Below, piece after piece: positions 35,115 through 43,790 of a stretch of 64,000 bases of DNA. Position 1 is the stretch's first letter, and each line of letters opens with the position of its first letter. Source of the DNA: Pseudomonadota bacterium (GTDB taxonomy: Bacteria; Myxococcota_A; UBA9042; GCA-2863065); assembly GCA_005776725.1 (NCBI GenBank), contig SXOO01000119.1:4687-68686 (forward strand), given 5' to 3'. Under the pieces are notes generated by a model, which made no database searches, had not been told where the DNA came from, and saw only the letters and a list, made by a program, of their open reading frames with translations. The position numbers and the translations under genes were made by a program.

Positions 35115-36017
35115 ATGGTCAACAGGCCCAGGTCCGCGTTACGGTTGGGCATGTCCCCGCTGCTCCTCTGGGCCATCCCCTTCTTCGTCGTGACCCTGGT
35201 CGCCGAGGCGCTGTGGGCGCGCCGCGCCCGAACGCTCCGACCGTACGAGCTGAAGGATACGGCCACCTCACTCAGCCTGGGCATCGTACACCTCGGGGTA
35301 GCCGCGCTGGCCGGCGGCGCGGTCCTGGTGCTCTGGGGCTGGGTCCACGATCATCGGCTGTTCGACCTGAGAGCAGACGCTTGGTGGAGCTGGGTGCTGC
35401 TCCTGTTCCTGGAGGACCTCACCTACTACGTCTGGCACCGCACGAGCCACGAGGTCCGCTTCTTCTGGGCCTCCCACGTGAACCACCACTCGAGCACGGC
35501 CTACAACCTCAGCACGGCGCTCCGGCAGTCCGTCACCGACCCGCTCACGGGCCACGTGTTCTGGTTGCCGCTCGTGCTCCTCGGCTTCCACCCGCTCATG
35601 GTCGTGACGCAGCAGGCGGTCTCGCTGCTGTACCAGTATCTCTTGCACACAGAGGCCGTCGGCCGCCTACCGGGCGTCATCGAAGCCGTCTTCAACACGC
35701 CGTCGCACCATCGGGTGCACCACGGCTCGAACGCCGCGTACCTCGACCGCAACCACGCGGGTATCTTCATCATCTGGGATCGGCTGTTCGGGACCTTCGT
35801 GCCCGAGCGCGAGCCCGTGGTCTACGGCCTCACCAAGGACCTCGGGACGTTCAACTTCCTAACGGTGGCCTTTCACGAGTGGGCGGCGATAGGGCGCGAC
35901 GTGAAGCGCGCGAAGAGCGTACGAGAGGTGCTTGGTGCGGTCTTCGGCCCACCCGGGTGGCAGGCGGATGGCCGCGGGGAGACCAGCGCCGTCTTGAGGG
36001 CGCGTGTCCCCCGCTGA
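35115..36017 (+). CDS. fatty acid hydroxylase / sterol desaturase family membrane protein
   Basis: The His boxes HRTSHE, HVNHH and HHRVHH are present, plus DRNHAGIFIIWDRLFGTF and several TM segments. Confidence 0.88.
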   Translation: MVNRPRSALRLGMSPLLLWAIPFFVVTLVAEALWARRARTLRPYELKDTATSLSLGIVHLGVAALAGGAVLVLWGWVHDHRLFDLRADAWWSWVLLLFLEDLTYYVWHRTSHEVRFFWASHVNHHSSTAYNLSTALRQSVTDPLTGHVFWLPLVLLGFHPLMVVTQQAVSLLYQYLLHTEAVGRLPGVIEAVFNTPSHHRVHHGSNAAYLDRNHAGIFIIWDRLFGTFVPEREPVVYGLTKDLGTFNFLTVAFHEWAAIGRDVKRAKSVREVLGAVFGPPGWQADGRGETSAVLRARVPR

Positions 36018-36045
36018 ACTTGCACGGCCCGTTTTTAGCGCCAGT

Positions 36046-38103
36046 ATGCGCCGCGGAGGTCCCACCGTGTCTCGTCGCTTTGCCATCGTCCTCGCGGTTT
36101 GCGCCGCGGGTCTCCTCGCTCCCGGCTGCAAGAAGGACGCGCCCAGCGGCGCTCCTCCCACCGCCACGCCCGCGGGTGTCCCTGAGGTCGCGCCCAAGTC
36201 GCTGAGGATCCCTGGCGCGGCCGAGAAGCCCGTGCTGCTGGGCCTCCCCGCCTTGGCGCTGCTGCCCAAGTCGGTGAGCGTCATCGGCGCCTCCGATGGT
36301 CTATTTCCTACGCTGGAGCGCCTGGGCTGGTCCGAGGCGGTGAAGGCGTGGCCGCTGGCCCTCACCGAGCTGGTCGAGGGCTCGACGCGGGTCCTAGGAA
36401 AGAACATCACCACGGAGGAGGGCCTCGTCGCCCTGGGCGTGGATCCCAGGGCGCCCGTGGGTGGCGCCGTGTTTCGCGACGGAGCGCTCGCGGCGGCGCT
36501 CTTTGCGCGCGTGACGGACGCCTCGAAGGTGGCCGGCGCGATCCGCGTGCTCATGATCAATGTGCGCGAGGAGCTGGCGGAGGAGAAGGTGGGTGACGCC
36601 ACCGTGCTCACCCTGGGCGAGAAGCGCACCGGCGAGCACATCGCTTGGGTCCTTCGCGGCGATGTGGGCGTTATGGTGTTCGCCGACAAGGACGCGCCAC
36701 GCATCGCCCGCGACATGGCCAAGCGTTCACAGGCCGAGAGCTTCGCGGCGCATCCCCGCGCCAGCGAGACGCTGAACGACCTGCAGCGCGGCGCCCAGCT
36801 GTCGGCCTGGATGGACGTGGACGAGGCGCTCGAGGGCCTCGTGTCGGTCCTCCGGAACGTCTTCGGCAGCCGCGACGCACAACTCGTACAGCTGGTCGTG
36901 CGAGAGGCGTTCGGAAAGGGCGCCGAGCTCGCCTTTGGCGCTTCCATCCACGACCAGTCCGTAGAGCTCGTGGGTCGCCTTCGGCTCGCTAGCGACGCGC
37001 CCTTCCGCGCCATCTTCAAGGGGCCCGGGATGCCCTCCGTGGTCCACGCGATCCAGCAGACCCCGGTCATCGCGGGCGGCGCCCGCCTGGACCTCGACGC
37101 CCTCTACAAGAGCATCCGCCGGGTCGCCGGGGCGAGCGGCGGGTCGATCATGGACGCCATCAAGGGCACCGTGCAGAGCACCGTGGGTGTCGACCTGGAG
37201 AGGCTCAGCGACCTCTTCACGGGAGATGTGGGGTTTGTCGTGGCGGGCTCTCCTGACTTCGCCGTCAACGACGAGGCCGAGTTCGCGCAGGGCTTCTCCG
37301 GCGCGTTCGTCCTGGGCCTGGTCGACGGTGACCGCGCGAAGGCGCTCATCGAGGCCGTCCGGAAGCTCGCGCCGGCCGAGGTCTCCAGGCGGCTCCGGGA
37401 CACTCCCGGCGGATACACGGTCGACATTCCCGAATGGAAGACGCTCACTCTGGCGCTCTCGAAGACTTCGCTCGTCGTTACGCCGGATGCGGCCTTGGTC
37501 GCAGCGGTGGCCGAGAAGAAGCCCGCCACCAGCGCCGTCGCCGGCGTCCAAGAGGTGCTCCGCTCCGGCGAGGCCGTGTTGTTCGCGGCCGTCGATATCG
37601 GCTTCTTTGGAGAGTTCCTGCTGATGCGAAAGAGCAGCGCCTACACGCCCCCGGCCCCGCCGGGGCTGGACGCAGCGGCTCTGGCCGTGATCGACGCGAA
37701 GCAGAAGGAGGTCGATCGGCTCAGGGCGGAGCGCGAGAAGGCACAGAACGCGATGATGAAGCGCCTCGCAGGCTTCTTCGGTGTCTGGGCGGGTCGTTCG
37801 GTCAGCTCACCAGAGGGCTTTGACGGTGGCCTCACGGTGTTCATGAGCACGTCGACGAAGGGGGTCCTCCCGTTCCTCTTCGAGGTCATCACCAGGGAAC
37901 ATGAGCGCAGGGTTCAGAGCGAGGCGCTCTGGAAGCTCGAGGGCGAGCTCTCTGATCTGCGCTGGAAGCGGCCGGAGCCGCAGGTCCTCGAGCCGCCCCC
38001 GGGCACCGTCGAGGCCCCGCCCATCCCGCTGCCTCTGCCGGTCGAGCCCGCCCCCGCGGGGGCTGTAGTGGCGCCCGTGGCCCCCGCCCCGGAGACGCCG
38101 TAA
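36046..38103 (+). CDS. lipoprotein (685 aa), unknown function
   Basis: The ATG at 36046 gives MRRGGPTVSRRFAIVLAVCAAGLLAPGCKKD (lipobox). A long globular region and a C-terminal coiled-coil-like plus Pro-rich tail follow. Confidence 0.75.
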   Translation: MRRGGPTVSRRFAIVLAVCAAGLLAPGCKKDAPSGAPPTATPAGVPEVAPKSLRIPGAAEKPVLLGLPALALLPKSVSVIGASDGLFPTLERLGWSEAVKAWPLALTELVEGSTRVLGKNITTEEGLVALGVDPRAPVGGAVFRDGALAAALFARVTDASKVAGAIRVLMINVREELAEEKVGDATVLTLGEKRTGEHIAWVLRGDVGVMVFADKDAPRIARDMAKRSQAESFAAHPRASETLNDLQRGAQLSAWMDVDEALEGLVSVLRNVFGSRDAQLVQLVVREAFGKGAELAFGASIHDQSVELVGRLRLASDAPFRAIFKGPGMPSVVHAIQQTPVIAGGARLDLDALYKSIRRVAGASGGSIMDAIKGTVQSTVGVDLERLSDLFTGDVGFVVAGSPDFAVNDEAEFAQGFSGAFVLGLVDGDRAKALIEAVRKLAPAEVSRRLRDTPGGYTVDIPEWKTLTLALSKTSLVVTPDAALVAAVAEKKPATSAVAGVQEVLRSGEAVLFAAVDIGFFGEFLLMRKSSAYTPPAPPGLDAAALAVIDAKQKEVDRLRAEREKAQNAMMKRLAGFFGVWAGRSVSSPEGFDGGLTVFMSTSTKGVLPFLFEVITREHERRVQSEALWKLEGELSDLRWKRPEPQVLEPPPGTVEAPPIPLPLPVEPAPAGAVVAPVAPAPETP

Positions 38104-38236
38104 CCACGGCCTGACGCGGCCCGTCCGGCGCGAGGGGGGCCGCCCAGCGAGCCGCCATGGCTCCGCAACGAACCCTTGACTCATATGCGGGCGAGCGCAT
38201 TGTGCGCCGCGAAACACACTCTCCCAGGAGATTGAC

Positions 38237-40228
38237 GTGAAGAACCAAATGCGAACATGGGCATGCGTTGCGGCTCTGTCCCTGGCCTGCACCGCCGAGA
38301 CCACGGTTGACGAAGACACCGACCCGGTGGACGGCGAGAACGAGTCCTTCGCGGGCAAAGAGGACGTGGCGGGCATAGCCGATGGGAGCCTCGAGTCGTG
38401 CATCGTGCGCAAGGTGGCCAGCACGTCCGACCTCCCCACCCTGGACGACGCGGCGCGCCTCAACCGCCGCGCCGCGGAGGCGATCTTCCGCGCCACGGTG
38501 GGCCCCGACGCCCAGCTCGGCACCGCCGACGACGTGTACTTCCCCACGCTCGCAGCGCTCGACGCGGTTCGGTACGTGGGCCCCAAGGCGTTCAAGCAGC
38601 TCCTGGCCTACGCGCAGAGCAGCGGGGTCACCTGCGGCCAGACCAGCGTCAAGGTCATCGCGTTCAACGACTTCCACGGCAACCTGAAGCCCCCCTCAGG
38701 GTCGTCGGGCAAGATCCAGACGGGCGCCGATCCGGCCACCACCACGGTCGACGCTGGGGGCGCTGAGTACCTCGCCACGCACATCGCCGCGCTCAAGGCG
38801 AAGAACCCGAACAACGTCGTGGTCGCTGCGGGCGACATCGTCGGCGCCACGCCGCTCCTCTCCGCTGCCTTCCACGACGAGCCGTCGATCGAGTCCATGA
38901 ACCTGCTCGGGCTCGAAGTGGCCGCGGTCGGCAATCACGAGTTCGACGAGGGCCCGGCCGAGCTGCTTCGCCTCCAGAACGGCGGATGCCACCCCACGGA
39001 TGGCTGCCAGGACGGCGACGGCTTCGACGGCGCGCTCTTCCGTTACCTCGCGGCCAACGTGGAAGACGACGCGAGCGGCGAGACGCTGTTCCCGCCCTAC
39101 GCGGTCCGCCGGTTCGGCGGCAGCCTCGTCGGCTTCATCGGCATGACCCTCGAGGGGACGCCGCTGGTCACCACGGCCGCCGGCGTTGCGGGCCTCACGT
39201 TCTACGATGAGGCCGATACGGCCAACTCCTACGTGGCCGACCTGAAGCGCGAAGGCGTGGAGACCATCGTGGTGCTCCTTCACGAGGGCGGCGCCGCCAC
39301 CGGCCTCTACAACGGCTGCGACGGTATCTCGGGCCCCATCGTCGACATCGTGAACCGGCTGGACCCCGCGATCGACCTCATCGTCACCGGCCACACCCAC
39401 AAGGCCTACAACTGCGTCGTCGGCACCCGCATCGTCACCTCGGCCGCGCACGCGGGTCGGGTGGTGTCGGACATCGACCTCATCATCGACGAGGCCACGG
39501 GCGACCTCGTGAAGGCCACCGCCAACAACGTGGTCGTCACGCGCACGGTGGAGAAGGACAAGCGCCAGACCGACCTCATCGCGAAGTACGATGCGCTCGT
39601 GGCGCCGATCGCCAACCGCATCGTCGGCTCGGCGTTGGGTGACCTCCTGCGCGCTCCCAATACCGCGGGCGAACACGTCATGGGCAACCTCCTCGCAGAC
39701 GCCCAGCTCGAGGCCACCCGCGGCTTCGGCGCCGTCGCGGCGTTCATGAACCCCGGCGGCGTCCGGGCTGACCTCCCGATGAGCCTGATCTCGGGTGGAG
39801 AGGCCGTAGGCGAGGCCACGTTCGGCGAGCTGTTCTCGGTGCAGCCGTTCGGCAACAACCTCATCGTCCTCACGCTCACCGCCGCTCAGGTAGAGACCCT
39901 GCTCGAGCAGCAGTGGTCGCTCGCGGGCGGCGCGGAGAAGGCCAACCTGCTCTCCGTCTCGGCCGGGTTCACCTACACCTGGGACTCCACTCGCGCCCTC
40001 GGCGACCGGATCGACCCCGCGACGATCCGTCTCGACGGCCAGCCGCTGACCGAGACCGTCCGCATCGTGGTCAACAGCTTCCTCGCCGACGGCGGCGACG
40101 GCTTCATGGTGCTCAAGTCCGGCACGGACCGCACCGCGGGCCCGGTCGACCTCGAGCCGCTCGAGCAGTACTTCGCCAACCACAGCCCTGTGGCGGCGCC
40201 GGCGTTGGGTCGCGTCACGCGACTCTGA
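38237..40228 (+). CDS. bifunctional metallophosphatase/5'-nucleotidase lipoprotein (UshA-like) with N-terminal HhH-like region
   Basis: The GTG start has AGGAG upstream. The signal and lipobox read ACVAALSLACTAE. Motifs are AFNDFHGNL, AAGDIVGATP, VGNHEFD, VLLHEGG and TGHTH, with a C-terminal 5'-nucleotidase domain (FGNNL, NSFLADGGDGF). Confidence 0.88.
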   Translation: MKNQMRTWACVAALSLACTAETTVDEDTDPVDGENESFAGKEDVAGIADGSLESCIVRKVASTSDLPTLDDAARLNRRAAEAIFRATVGPDAQLGTADDVYFPTLAALDAVRYVGPKAFKQLLAYAQSSGVTCGQTSVKVIAFNDFHGNLKPPSGSSGKIQTGADPATTTVDAGGAEYLATHIAALKAKNPNNVVVAAGDIVGATPLLSAAFHDEPSIESMNLLGLEVAAVGNHEFDEGPAELLRLQNGGCHPTDGCQDGDGFDGALFRYLAANVEDDASGETLFPPYAVRRFGGSLVGFIGMTLEGTPLVTTAAGVAGLTFYDEADTANSYVADLKREGVETIVVLLHEGGAATGLYNGCDGISGPIVDIVNRLDPAIDLIVTGHTHKAYNCVVGTRIVTSAAHAGRVVSDIDLIIDEATGDLVKATANNVVVTRTVEKDKRQTDLIAKYDALVAPIANRIVGSALGDLLRAPNTAGEHVMGNLLADAQLEATRGFGAVAAFMNPGGVRADLPMSLISGGEAVGEATFGELFSVQPFGNNLIVLTLTAAQVETLLEQQWSLAGGAEKANLLSVSAGFTYTWDSTRALGDRIDPATIRLDGQPLTETVRIVVNSFLADGGDGFMVLKSGTDRTAGPVDLEPLEQYFANHSPVAAPALGRVTRL

Positions 40229-40241
40229 GCCTCCGATCCGA

Positions 40242-40265
40242 TCGACCGCCCCACGCGGCGGTCGA
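40242..40265 (+). terminator. 9-bp stem hairpin 14 nt after the 5'-nucleotidase stop
   Basis: TCGACCGCC-ccacgc-GGCGGTCGA. No T-tract. Confidence 0.45.
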
Positions 40266-40326
40266 CCTCCTCGTCCCGCCAAGCGGCTGGTGCCCCGTTG
40301 TTTCGTGAGGCCCAGGTTCGGGGGCG

Positions 40327-40355
40327 TTGAACCGGTGGACCTTGGCGATTAAGGT
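40327..40355 (+). promoter_or_regulatory. candidate sigma-70-type promoter
   Basis: TTGAAC-N17-TAAGGT, about 30 nt upstream of the GTG at 40384. Only a moderate match to the consensus. Confidence 0.3.
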
Positions 40356-40383
40356 GGGGCAGCCTGCCTGACCGCCGACCGAG

Positions 40384-41844
40384 GTGCCCGTGAGATTCCT
40401 GCCGCTCTTAGTCCTCGTTACCGCCCCGGCGCTTGCCGCTGACACCCTGGCCGTTCAGGGACGCCTCACCAACCTCGGCGGCGGCGTCGACGGCGACTAC
40501 CCCATGGCGTTCCGGCTCTACGAGAGCGCTACGGGCCTCGCGCCTCACTTCCAAGAGATCGAGGTGGCGGTCAGCGTGGTGGACGGCGTCTTCAGCACGG
40601 TGATCGGGGACGGCGTGGCGCTGGGTCTGGACCACATGGACCGCAACGACCTTTGGCTCGAGGTGATCGTCGGGGGCGAGCCGCCGCTCCCCCGGGTGCA
40701 GCTGTCGCTGACGGCACGGTCCTTCGTGGCGATGCGGAGCCACGACGTCGCCTGTACAGGTTGCATCACGCCAGAGGAGACCTCGTTCATGGCGTGCCCC
40801 GACGAGAGCATCCTCGTGAAGTCGGGCGGTGCGTGGGCCTGCGCCCCGAGGCCCTCGGGGAAGCAGTTCGCGCTCAGCGATCAGGTGTGCGCGGTAGGCC
40901 AGGTGATCCGAGGGTTCAAGGCGGACGGGACCGCCACGTGTGTCTCTGACAGCGACACCACGTACTCGGGAGCCAACTTCGCGGTGTCGGGCACGGGCTG
41001 CCCCGCGGGCCAGGTCATGACCGGCGTTGCGTCCGACGGGGCGCCCACCTGCGGCCCGGACAAGGACACGACGTACTCTGGCGCCAACTTCGCGCTGTCC
41101 GGAAACGCCTGCGCGGCGGGGAGCGTGGTCACCGGGATCGACGCCTCCGGGAAGCCGACGTGCGCCGCGGACAAAGACACGAAGTACGACGGAGGCGACT
41201 TCGCGCTCTCGAACAAGTCGTGCGCTGCAGGGTCCGTGGTGAAGGGGATCGACGCCACCGGCAACGTGGTCTGCGAGACCAACCCCGCGTACACCGGGAG
41301 CAACTTCGCGCTCTCCGGCAAGTCGTGCACGGCCGGCTCGGTGGTGAAGGGGATCGACGCCAGCGGTAACCCGCTGTGCGAGGCCAACCCCACCTACGAC
41401 GGCGGAGACTTCGCGCTGGCCAACAAGAGCTGCGGCACGAACCAAGTCCAGAAGGGCGTGGACGCCAACGGCAACCCCGTGTGCGTCACGGATGCCAACA
41501 CCACCTACAGCGGCAATAACTTCGCCACGTCGGGCCAGGCGTGCGGCGCCAACCAGTTCGTGAGCGGGATCTCAGCGTCGGGCGCGGTCGTCTGCGGCAA
41601 CCTCAGGGACTACGTCAATAGCAACTGCCATGTGTACTTCGGCTGGTCCGACAGCTGCGACGGCTGCACTACGGCCCCGGTCAAGGCCGGGTATGCCAAC
41701 TCCACGGGGTGCGGTGTCACGGGAGGCGACTCGAGCTGCGTCACGACCACCCTCAACGGGAAGTCCGTGCGTCTCATCGGCGTCAATACCGACGGCGACG
41801 TGAACGGCGACGACAAGTTCTACGTCGGCTGGCGCTGCGACTAG
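40384..41844 (+). CDS. secreted tail-fibre-like repeat protein
   Basis: The signal peptide is VPVRFLPLLVLVTAPALAAD. The N-terminal domain LAVQGRLTNLGGGVDGDYPMAFRLYESATG...LWLEVIVGG resembles a widespread unannotated tail-fibre-like N-domain. Seven repeats, each with two Cys, are followed by a Cys-containing C-terminal domain. Confidence 0.75.
   Translation: MPVRFLPLLVLVTAPALAADTLAVQGRLTNLGGGVDGDYPMAFRLYESATGLAPHFQEIEVAVSVVDGVFSTVIGDGVALGLDHMDRNDLWLEVIVGGEPPLPRVQLSLTARSFVAMRSHDVACTGCITPEETSFMACPDESILVKSGGAWACAPRPSGKQFALSDQVCAVGQVIRGFKADGTATCVSDSDTTYSGANFAVSGTGCPAGQVMTGVASDGAPTCGPDKDTTYSGANFALSGNACAAGSVVTGIDASGKPTCAADKDTKYDGGDFALSNKSCAAGSVVKGIDATGNVVCETNPAYTGSNFALSGKSCTAGSVVKGIDASGNPLCEANPTYDGGDFALANKSCGTNQVQKGVDANGNPVCVTDANTTYSGNNFATSGQACGANQFVSGISASGAVVCGNLRDYVNSNCHVYFGWSDSCDGCTTAPVKAGYANSTGCGVTGGDSSCVTTTLNGKSVRLIGVNTDGDVNGDDKFYVGWRCD
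40858..41601 (+). repeat. seven tandem 35-37 aa coding repeats (G-x-N/D-F-A-L-S-G-x-x-C-x-x-G-x-V-V-x-G-I-D-A-x-G-x-P-x-C)
   Basis: Read from the translation, aa about 159-406: GKQFALSDQVC..., GANFAVSGTGC..., GANFALSGNAC..., GGDFALSNKSC..., GSNFALSGKSC..., GGDFALANKSC..., GNNFATSGQAC... Confidence 0.85.
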
Positions 41845-41872
41845 GGCCGGGCTCGTTCACGGGCGGCGAGCT

Positions 41873-43696
41873 CTATTGGGATCTAGATGACGTCCCGTAC
41901 ACATCGAACACCGCCAGGGTCTCGAGTGGGCCCACCTCGATAGTCGCCCCGCCGGTCAGGCCGTCGACGCGAAAGACCGCCATGTCGCGATAGAGGCCGC
42001 CCTCCAGGCGTGTGACGCGCCCCAGCCGCGACCGTAGGAAGGCGCGCTCGGGGCGATGGCGGACCACGTCGAACCACGCCAGCACCACCACCACGGACGT
42101 CGCCGGTGTCTCGAGCTCCACGTGAATGGGCGTGTCATCGCCTCGACCGCGCCGGCAGCTCTCCGCGTCGAACGCCGGAGAGGCGCCCCAGGGCGCCAAC
42201 TCGTCTTTGCGGAGGGCGCTCCACTGGTAGGGGAGGGGCAGAGGACAGGGACGCCCGCCCACTGTGGCCCGGCGGAGGGTGACGTCACGGGCGAAGGTGC
42301 CTACGGTCCAACGGCGGCCGGTGCCCTCCAGGGTCTGCCGGTCTCCGAGCGCAAGCGGCTCTGGGAAGCCCTGGGGGGCGGCGAAGAGCTCGCTCGAGGG
42401 GCCGGGCGCTTCCCCCGGTGCCGGCGCGATGACCGCGAGGTATCGAGCGGCCGTGAGTCCGCTCACGGCCACACCGTGGACCCTGCCGACGCCCGCGAGG
42501 CCGGGGCGCAGCGCGTTGAACACCGCGCGCTGTTCCTCGAGGCTTGGCGTGGCCGCTTCACGGAGCGGCTCGTCGGTGGGCGTGACCCAGAGCGCCCACG
42601 AGGCAGCGAGCGCCACCGGGGCCGCCGCCCACCGGACGCCGGGCACCGCCCAGCGCGCGCGCTCTGGCAGGGCCTCGGGGGGGGGCGGCGCGGTGTCCCG
42701 AGCGCACCAATGACGGAGCCCCAGGGCGGCGAGCCCGTAGATGCCGAGGACGCACGGCGCAAAGTAGCGGGGGGCCGGATCGAGCCCAGAGAGCCACGCT
42801 GCAACGACGAACGAGGCCGCCGTGTGAGCTAGAAAGAGCCAGCGCGGCCAACCGCTTGCGAGTAGTCCGCCCACCGCGAGGATCAACACCGGCGCACCGA
42901 ACGGCCAGCTGCCCAGGAGCTCGAAGACCCGTTCGCCGGCGGCGTCGAGCGCGAGCCCGCCGGTGCGGCCCCCGAGCGTGTTCGACAGCGCCGCCCATGA
43001 TTGACCCCACAGCGCAGCGCCCACGGAGGCCGTGAGGCCAACCACCACAGCCCCGGCTACGAGCTGCGCACCGCGGGGGGCGGGCACGCGCCAGTGGACC
43101 ACGGCGCACGCGGGCAGCAGCAGGAAGCCCACCACGTGCACCTGGCAGGCGAGCGCCGCCATGGCCCACGCGAGGCCCATGGGCCCGACCCGGCTGCGTC
43201 CTGGGGGCGGGTTGAGCGCCGAGAGGAGGCCCGCCAGCCACGCGAGGCCCGCCGCAGGGACGAGGCCGTTGTGCCACACAGGCGCGAGCACCTCGAACGC
43301 CCACGTGCTGGTGCCCGCGAGGGCGGCGAGCAGGAGTCCACCCGGTCCGACGCTCCGCGCCAGCAGAAGGAGGGCGGCGAGCAGGGCGGTGGCGTGTACG
43401 AAGTGGACCGTCACCGGATCCGGCGAGAGCGCGAGCGCCGGCGCCATGAGGTAGTACCAGGTGGGCGGCAGGGACAGCGGTAAGTAGTCGATCGCAGGGC
43501 CGTTGGCGGGGAAGACCCCGTGCCGCACGATGGCGAGCGTCCTCAGGAGATCGCGCTCGGTGTCGGCGTTCGCGTCCAGCTCACGGAGGAACGCAACTCC
43601 CCACACGAGGGCCAGGGTCACCGCCAGGGCGAGGCCCGGCGCCCATCGGTTCCACGCGGCGCGCGACACCAGGACACCGTAGCACGCGCCGCTCAC
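41873..43696 (-). CDS. polytopic membrane protein, GT-C (ArnT/PMT)-like, paralogue 2
   Basis: 607 aa with about 11 hydrophobic segments. The first loop, ELDANADTERDLLRTL, resembles the DExRY-type loop of ArnT/PMT glycosyltransferases. It has a soluble C-terminal domain of about 200 aa and resembles the upstream gene (LEEQRAVFNAL versus ASEQRAVAAVV). Confidence 0.6.
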   Translation of the reverse strand: MSGACYGVLVSRAAWNRWAPGLALAVTLALVWGVAFLRELDANADTERDLLRTLAIVRHGVFPANGPAIDYLPLSLPPTWYYLMAPALALSPDPVTVHFVHATALLAALLLLARSVGPGGLLLAALAGTSTWAFEVLAPVWHNGLVPAAGLAWLAGLLSALNPPPGRSRVGPMGLAWAMAALACQVHVVGFLLLPACAVVHWRVPAPRGAQLVAGAVVVGLTASVGAALWGQSWAALSNTLGGRTGGLALDAAGERVFELLGSWPFGAPVLILAVGGLLASGWPRWLFLAHTAASFVVAAWLSGLDPAPRYFAPCVLGIYGLAALGLRHWCARDTAPPPPEALPERARWAVPGVRWAAAPVALAASWALWVTPTDEPLREAATPSLEEQRAVFNALRPGLAGVGRVHGVAVSGLTAARYLAVIAPAPGEAPGPSSELFAAPQGFPEPLALGDRQTLEGTGRRWTVGTFARDVTLRRATVGGRPCPLPLPYQWSALRKDELAPWGASPAFDAESCRRGRGDDTPIHVELETPATSVVVVLAWFDVVRHRPERAFLRSRLGRVTRLEGGLYRDMAVFRVDGLTGGATIEVGPLETLAVFDVYGTSSRSQ

Positions 43697-43790
43697 CTCT
43701 CGGCCAAACGACTCGGGTTGCGGATGACCTGCCGCCGGTGCGCCGGCGGTGCGCTGGTCGAGCGGTGCGCTGGCTTTGCGGGGCGCCTGG

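Noticed and set aside
34442-36205. 587-aa plus-strand ORF spanning three genes
   Set aside because: It reads out of frame through the PQQ/heme fusion, the hydroxylase and the next lipoprotein. The translation is R/P/G-rich.
38176-38204. TTGACT-N17-ATTGTG as a sigma-70 promoter for the 5'-nucleotidase gene
   Set aside because: The -35 is good, but the -10 lacks the conserved TA...T pattern. It is too weak to report as a feature.
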